Positions 61,748 through 64,000 of a DNA stretch of 64,000 nucleotides are shown in pieces. The notes beneath the pieces are model-generated. The model was not told the DNA's origin and did no database searches. It saw only the letters and a program-made list of their open reading frames with translations. Both the position numbers and the translations under genes were made by a program. Where the stretch lies: NCBI GenBank assembly GCA_964016885.1, contig OZ024748.1, forward strand, positions 45,942,001-46,006,000. Reading direction: 5' to 3'. The stretch comes from Eledone cirrhosa. Lineage: Eukaryota. Numbering within the stretch: position 1 is the first letter of the stretch; every line of letters begins with the position of its first letter.

Positions 61748-61836
61748 GTATGTGGCTAAAACACCACGTGCTGTGACCAGCGGCGCCTGGTGGCGCCCGA
61801 GAGACTGGTCGGTCAAGGTGATCAAGGTGATATATG

Positions 61837-61874
<38 letters not shown>

Positions 61875-61978
61875 CGTATATGTATGTAAATATATATATG
61901 TATGTATATACATGTATGTATTATATGTATGTATATATATATGTATATATATATGTAATTATATGTATGTATATATAA

Positions 61979-62009
<31 letters not shown>

Positions 62010-62314
62010 GAAAGATTTGAATGGATACAGTTTAGTTGAAAGGAATTTATTGACACGTGTTTCTATAACAGCTACATAACCTAAAACAGCTATCTACAAA
62101 CTTTTAGTTATGCAGACATTCAATATTTCAATGTTATTATTTACTGTCATTTCATCAGAATAATATTACTGAGGACCTATTTAGTTTATATATATATATG
62201 TATGTATATATAAATATATATATATATATATGTATATATATGTATGTATATATAAATATATATATATATATTAAGAGAGTAAAACAAAGAATCCTTTAAT
62301 ACATCAAAAGATTG

Positions 62315-62359
<45 letters not shown>

Positions 62360-62477
62360 AAATATACATATATATATATGTATGTATATATAAATATATA
62401 TATATGTATATCTATATATGTATATATATATGTATATATATATATGTATATATATATGTATGTATAAATATGTATAT

Positions 62478-62603
<126 letters not shown>

Positions 62604-62608
62604 GTATG

Positions 62609-62687
<79 letters not shown>

Positions 62688-62819
62688 GTACATATATATG
62701 TATATATATGTATATATATATATATATATATATGTATAAAATGAGATTTGAGGTAAGTATGATACAAGATAGAAAATGGGAGATTTAAAAGACTTAGAAA
62801 TATGAATAAGTAATATTAC

Positions 62820-62939
62820 CTGCGCATTTCCCGTCTCTGTATTCAAAACCAACTGGACAATCGCAAATACATAAGTCTTTGGTACTGTTAGCATGGCATG
62901 GATACGGTGCACAGCGGTTGTCAACAGAACAGTCATTCC
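62820..62939 (-). CDS. EGF-like exon
   Basis: 120 nt, phase 1-1, AG/GT flanked. [39 protein letters not shown]. Confidence 0.88.
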
Positions 62940-63256
62940 CTACATTTAGAAGAAATATAATATAATATATGTTTTTATAGTCGTGTTTCTTTTAATAAAT
63001 ATATATATATATATATAATAAAAAATTGAACAGGGACAGAACAGAGAGGCAGTACGACAAATGTTTATTAGATTCACGCTCAGGAGAGTGGGGGGTAGGT
63101 GGAGGACGACGTTTCGGGCATAAGCCCTTCTTCAGGTAAGAGTTCAAAAGGTGTGTAGGGGAGTGGTGGAGAGACATATAGCGAAAGGAAACGGTGCGAA
63201 TGAAAAATTAACAAATAAAGACAAAAATATAATAAATAATAAGTAAAAATAAAGCA

Positions 63257-63332
<76 letters not shown>

Positions 63333-63695
63333 TGCTTTCTCCCTTAAAGGGAGGACTCTTGTACACTCAGTCACTTCAGGCCACGAAACCGAGTTAAGCA
63401 CCAGCCCTATGATCCTACTGGCTTTAGACTGACTTTAAATTAGAGGAGAATTAGATGTGCGTGTGTGTGCAAATAAGTTCAGCCTGTTCGCTCTTTACGC
63501 TAACTCACTTTAACGCGTCGTAAAAAATATTATTACCTATTCATTTGGCGCGAATAAGCCTCTATAACGCGTGTGGTTTTTAATTCTTTATTTATCAGAA
63601 ATATATTGCATTAGATTTGAATTACTCGAATTTGTTTTCCGAACGCATTTTCGCGTAAAAAGGCGAACAGATCGTATATATTAACATTTTCTCAC

Positions 63696-63853
63696 CTGTC
63701 CAATTCGCCGAGCAACTGCATGCCAAATATTGTGAAGAGTTGGTGTATAGTGGCTGCCCATTACAAATTCCACTGTTCTTACATTCCGGGCAAATTTTGA
63801 TGTTCAAATCAAATATGGGTGTTATATGTCCTATGTTTGTTGTAATGAAGAAT
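63696..63853 (-). CDS. Exon of EGF-repeat membrane protein (first exon visible; the gene continues beyond the window)
   Basis: Acceptor tttcttttaaatacag, donor G|gtgag. Translates FFITTNIGHITPIFDLNIKICPECKNSGICNGQPLYTNSSQYLACSCSANWTG, an EGF-like start. Confidence 0.85.
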
Positions 63854-64000
63854 CTGTATTTAAAAGAAATTAATACAATATTATTTGATCTGAGATTGAG
63901 GACGATCTATTTTAAAAGTAACGGAATTGCTGAGAAACGACTTCATAGTCGTCGTAATTATTTATTAGCCACGAAATGTCTTTTACTAATATGGTATTTG

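Overview
Eukaryotic, extremely microsatellite-rich DNA. The (TA)n/(CATA)n load and SINE families suggest an octopus or other cephalopod, which is an inference. Almost all ORFs in the supplied track are microsatellite artefacts. The main real content is the 3' part of a minus-strand gene with about 21 exons (63853 to 25590), which I reconstructed from GT-AG sites and consistent phases. It encodes a single-pass membrane protein with many EGF/cbEGF repeats (mucin-/fibrillin-like), a TM helix with a Cys cluster and poly-Arg, and a cytoplasmic tail. A two-exon EGF cassette in it has been tandemly triplicated. Introns and intergenic DNA hold R4/Dong-type LINEs stacked in (TAA)n and (CATA)n, RTE-like and L1/Tx1-like fragments, a Penelope-like element, pogo and hAT MITEs, and tRNA-type SINEs. 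The most striking feature is a high density of type I hammerhead ribozyme motifs: about 20 intact or near-intact cores from many unrelated families. Many are embedded in (TA)n and arranged as foldbacks with a ribozyme on each strand. One forms a 310-nt tandem retrozyme-like array. All structures were assigned by eye and not folded computationally.
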